DNA from: a virus
Taxonomy: Duplodnaviria; Caudoviricetes
Virus record (IMG/VR): IMGVR_UViG_3300044476_000098
Span: 1-27,551 of that record
DNA length: 27,551 nt
Reading direction: 5' to 3' (one strand)
In this document: in pieces, positions 24,470 through 27,551 of the stretch
How the letters are laid out: the number at the start of each line of letters is the position of its first letter
Position numbering within the stretch: position 1 is the first letter of the stretch
The notes under the pieces: generated by a model
Seen by the model: only the letters and a program-made list of their open reading frames with translations
Told to the model about the DNA's origin: nothing
Database searches by the model: none
Made by a program: the position numbers and the translations under genes

Positions 24470-24726
24470 AGAAGGTCGAGCTCCGCAAGACGTCACCGGA
24501 GAACCCGCTGATGAAGGCGCTGAAGGAGACTCCGGACCAGGCGGTGAACCAGGTGCAGAACAAGGTGTCCGCCAAGGTGGCGCTGGCGGCCAACCAGGTG
24601 ACGCGGGTTCCGGGCGCGACGGTGTCGGTGCGTAACTACCAGCAGGGCATCCGCGTCGTTGTCACGGCGCCGGCGAATACGGCGGGCGCAGCGGTCAAGG
24701 CGTACGACAAGGCAGTGCAGCTATGA
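24466..24726 (+). CDS. hypothetical neck/tail-completion region protein (86 aa)
   Basis: ATGA-coupled on both sides; located between stopper and tail terminator. Confidence 0.6.
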   Translation: MKKVELRKTSPENPLMKALKETPDQAVNQVQNKVSAKVALAANQVTRVPGATVSVRNYQQGIRVVVTAPANTAGAAVKAYDKAVQL

Positions 24727-25199
24727 GGGTGCTGTCGCTGCGACTCGTCACGGACACGATGCTCCAGCATCTGGCCGAGTCGCTTCCGTTCCCGGTGGGG
24801 GACGGCGTGGCTCCTGCCGCCGGAGGATGGGAGGCCGGAACACCCAACACGGGCCAGTTCACCCCGTACGTGGTGCTCAAGTGCACGGGGGCCACGGACG
24901 CCCAGGGTCGGTCCATCGGCAGGCCGTGGGGCGCGTGGGACGTCACATTCTCGGTCGGTGCGTACGGCGGCCTGCGGGGCCAGTGCGACTGGGTGGCCGA
25001 TAGTGTCCGGCTCGTGATGGCCGACACCTTGGGCGGGCGAGGCTTGCTGTCCGTCGATCAGAACGGAGATGAGTGGCGTCTCGGAGGATGCCGCTCCTCT
25101 ACGGTCGGAGGTCCATACCGGACCGACGAGGTGGACCCGCCGTACTGGCAGACCACCGACGCCTATCAGTTCACCTACGACCTCTCGCGCACTGCGTAG
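24723..25199 (+). CDS. tail terminator protein
   Basis: PVGDGVAP..GW..PYVVL...QCDWVADSVR...DPPYW pattern; immediately upstream of the tail tube gene. Confidence 0.7.
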   Translation: MRVLSLRLVTDTMLQHLAESLPFPVGDGVAPAAGGWEAGTPNTGQFTPYVVLKCTGATDAQGRSIGRPWGAWDVTFSVGAYGGLRGQCDWVADSVRLVMADTLGGRGLLSVDQNGDEWRLGGCRSSTVGGPYRTDEVDPPYWQTTDAYQFTYDLSRTA

Positions 25200-25228
25200 G
25201 TACGATCCCCTCCAAGGAGGACGGCGCC

Positions 25229-25705
25229 ATGACAAGGTTCATCCCGAACGAGCGGAGCTACGTCGGCTTCGCTACCACCATCGCCAACATCCAGGCCCCT
25301 ACTGCGGCTGAGATCGCGGCGGCTGTCGATCTGACCGGGTTCTGCGTGTCCATCAACGCGTCCGCGCAGGGCAACACCGTGCCCACGCCAGCGCTGGACT
25401 CGCTGTTCGAGACGTCGATCCTCGGCACCTCGCAGGCGTCGTTCACCGCGGACTTCTACCGCGATGACGCTGCCGACACCGCGTGGACCACGCTGCCGCG
25501 GGCTGAGGAGGGGTTCTTCATCATCAGCCGTGTCGGAAGTTCCGGCACCGGTCATGTGCCGGTGGCGACCGACAAGGTCGAGGTGTGGCCGGTGATCGTG
25601 ACATCCCGACAGGCGGGCGCGATGTCGTCCAACACTGTCCAGACGTTCACGATGAACGCATCGGTACCGGTAGTTCCGGCGGAAGACGCTGTCGTCGCCG
25701 CGTGA
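25229..25705 (+). CDS. major tail (tube) protein (~158 aa)
   Basis: True start ATG 25229 with AAGGAGG SD (25214-25220); IANIQAPTAAEIAAAVDLT...DKVEVWPV typical of actinophage tail tubes. Confidence 0.85.
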   Translation: MTRFIPNERSYVGFATTIANIQAPTAAEIAAAVDLTGFCVSINASAQGNTVPTPALDSLFETSILGTSQASFTADFYRDDAADTAWTTLPRAEEGFFIISRVGSSGTGHVPVATDKVEVWPVIVTSRQAGAMSSNTVQTFTMNASVPVVPAEDAVVAA

Positions 25706-25725
25706 GGCTCTGAAAGGGACGAGAC

Positions 25726-26160
25726 ATGGCTGCACGCACGAAGGGCAAGCCTGCCCGCAGGCCGGCTACTGCTGCCGACCTGCTGAAGAAGCCTGCGCGG
25801 ACCCGCGAGGTGACGTTCAGGTCAACGGACGACTCCGGCGACCCGGTCGAGCTGGTGCTGGTGCTGCGCGCCGTCGGCGCCAAGCAGTGGGACGACCTGG
25901 TCGCCGACTGTCCTCCCAGCGCGGATCAGAAGAAGGAGGGCGCGCTCTACGACGTGGCCAAGTTCGCTCCGCGTCTGGTGTCCGCCTGCTCCTACACGCC
26001 GCTGATCACGCAGGACGAGGCCGAGGAGATCTTCGCCTCTGACAGCTGGAACAACTGGGAGACGCAGTCGCTGTTCCTGGCTGCCGCCAGGTTGTGCAAC
26101 CAGGACTTCGACGTCCCTTTCACCGACAGCGCCTCCGGAGAGACCCCAGCTTCTACCTAG
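25726..26160 (+). CDS. tail assembly chaperone (gpG-like)
   Basis: LRAVGAKQWDDLVADCPP...FAPRLVSAC...LFLAAARLCN; between tail tube and tape measure genes. Confidence 0.8.
   Translation: MAARTKGKPARRPATAADLLKKPARTREVTFRSTDDSGDPVELVLVLRAVGAKQWDDLVADCPPSADQKKEGALYDVAKFAPRLVSACSYTPLITQDEAEEIFASDSWNNWETQSLFLAAARLCNQDFDVPFTDSASGETPAST
26115..26121 (+). other. -1 programmed frameshift slippery heptamer C CCT TTC
   Basis: X XXY YYZ in the correct phase of 25726..26160; the -1 frame (26094..26477) is open to just before the tape measure gene. Confidence 0.75.
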
Positions 26161-26477
26161 AGATGCAGGTCTGCTTCGACATCGGGATACCGCACAGCGA
26201 GTTCCTGGAGTGGAGCGGCCCTGACCGGGCCAAGGCGCTGTCGTTCGCCATGGAGCGCAACACCAGGTGTCAGATGTGCGGGACGGCTGACTGGGAGTGG
26301 GAGGAGGACCCCCATGCCTACGTCCCGATCGAGCAGGTCTGCTGGGGCTGCTACCACAAGGAAGGCGCACGCCTCGACAAGCACTCGGACATGCCCGGGA
26401 CCAGGACGACTCTGGTGACTTCCGCGCAGGCTGAGAAGATCGCCAGTACACCGGCGGTGCGGCCTACTAGGAGGTAA
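26115..26477 (+). CDS. tail assembly chaperone frameshift extension (gpGT-like)
   Basis: -1 frame ORF RLRRDPSFYLEMQVC...GIPHSEFLEWS..DRAKALSF...CQMCGT..WEW...CWGC. Confidence 0.75.
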   Translation, partial: PFHRQRLRRDPSFYLEMQVCFDIGIPHSEFLEWSGPDRAKALSFAMERNTRCQMCGTADWEWEEDPHAYVPIEQVCWGCYHKEGARLDKHSDMPGTRTTLVTSAQAEKIASTPAVRPTRR

Positions 26478-26480
26478 GTC

Positions 26481-27551
26481 GTGGCAGGCGACCAGTCCGT
26501 CACCTACGAGTACGAGGCTGATGTCTCGGGCTACGTCAGCGGGATGCAGGCCGCCGTCAAGGCGAACCAGGCGCTGGACGCTTCGATCGCTGCGGTGAAC
26601 GCCCAGAGCGGCAGGTTCGGCAAGACGCTCACGGGCATCATCATGGGCGTCGGCGGCATGGTCGGCATGAAGCAGGGGACGCTCGTCGCCGCCGGCTACG
26701 AGAAGCAGCTGTCCAACCTCAAGGCCACCACCGTTGTCGCCAACCGGGACTTCGGTGCGCTCAGCAAGACGATCAAGGGGCTCTCCCGGGACTTCCCGCA
26801 GACCTTCGGCGACTCCCGCCAGGTGGTCGAGAACCTCAACATGATCACCGCCTCCAGCAACAAGACGGCGGGCCAGCTCAAGCAGCTGGCGGTCACGGCT
26901 ACCAAGCTGTCCGGGGCGACGGGCACCTGGGCCCCGCAGATGGCGCAGGACTTCGGCCTGCTGAGCAAGCAGTTCGGCAACCTGGACCCCAAGCGGTTCG
27001 AGGCGATGGCCGACTCGCTGACGACGGTCAGCGCCAAGATGGGCACCTCGGCCCAGTCCGTGGCCAGCTTCTCCAAGCTGATCGGCCCGCTCGCGCAGCA
27101 GGCCGGTATCGGCCAGAACGCGGTGCAGGGGATCTCGGCGGCTTTCACGTCGCTCGGCGAGGAGGGCGGCCTGGCCGCCAACTCCTTCAACCAGATCCTG
27201 TCGATGATGAACAAGTCCGTGCGCGACGGGACGCCGGAGCTGCAGTTCTTCGCCGACATGGTGGGCCAGACCAACGAGCAGTTCACGCAGCTGTTCAAGG
27301 ACAACCCGGCCGAGGCGATCATCCAGCTGTTCGACGCCATCGGGAAGGGCGGGCCCAACGCAGGACGCCAGCTGGAGGCGCTCGGGCTGGACTCCACCCG
27401 GCTGCAGCGTCAGGTGGCGCTGCTGTCCCGCTCGGGGACGATGCGCACCTCGATCCAGACGGCGGTGGAGGCGACCGGCACGGGTTCCACCGCGGAGGGG
27501 GCCGAGGCGTCGTTCGGCGGGCTGTCCGACTCGATGACGGAGCTGACGGAG
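26481..27551 (+). CDS. tape measure protein, N-terminal part (runs off window)
   Basis: GTG 26481 with AGGAGG SD (26469-26474); MAGDQSVTYEYEADVSGYVSGMQAA...; Ala/Gly/Gln-rich helical sequence, open to the end; not in ORF track. Confidence 0.88.
   Translation, partial: MAGDQSVTYEYEADVSGYVSGMQAAVKANQALDASIAAVNAQSGRFGKTLTGIIMGVGGMVGMKQGTLVAAGYEKQLSNLKATTVVANRDFGALSKTIKGLSRDFPQTFGDSRQVVENLNMITASSNKTAGQLKQLAVTATKLSGATGTWAPQMAQDFGLLSKQFGNLDPKRFEAMADSLTTVSAKMGTSAQSVASFSKLIGPLAQQAGIGQNAVQGISAAFTSLGEEGGLAANSFNQILSMMNKSVRDGTPELQFFADMVGQTNEQFTQLFKDNPAEAIIQLFDAIGKGGPNAGRQLEALGLDSTRLQRQVALLSRSGTMRTSIQTAVEATGTGSTAEGAEASFGGLSDSMTELTE

Overview
High-GC tailed-phage (siphovirus-like, probably Actinomycetota-infecting) DNA. 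No integrase or host genes are visible, so prophage versus free phage cannot be decided. Left arm (1-2836, minus strand): DnaB-like helicase plus small translationally coupled ORFs. A ~470-bp noncoding divergence region (2837-3306) holds three copies (two direct, one inverted) of a ~75-bp two-hairpin module with compensatory stem changes and cGNAg triloops. Right arm (3307-end, plus strand): terminase large subunit, HNH, portal, then an unusually large ~13-kb insert, then scaffold, decoration protein, major capsid, PKD-domain protein, head-tail joining genes, tail tube, frameshifted tail chaperones and the start of the tape measure gene. The insert is the best candidate for an undescribed system. 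It encodes polyprotein-like ORFs punctuated by a recurring hydrophobic-small-Lys|small motif (the same motif recurs in the scaffold), Arg-rich glycine-zipper hairpin modules, three RDxxGRF tags placed just after such sites, a CbbX/SpoVK-type AAA+ ATPase, and an XkdF-type prohead protease. The protease's EVSLVDRAAN strand appears to be encoded separately on the scaffold N-terminus. The inferred model is a protease-processed capsid-cargo (ejection/effector) system. All family assignments are by motif recognition, not database searches.
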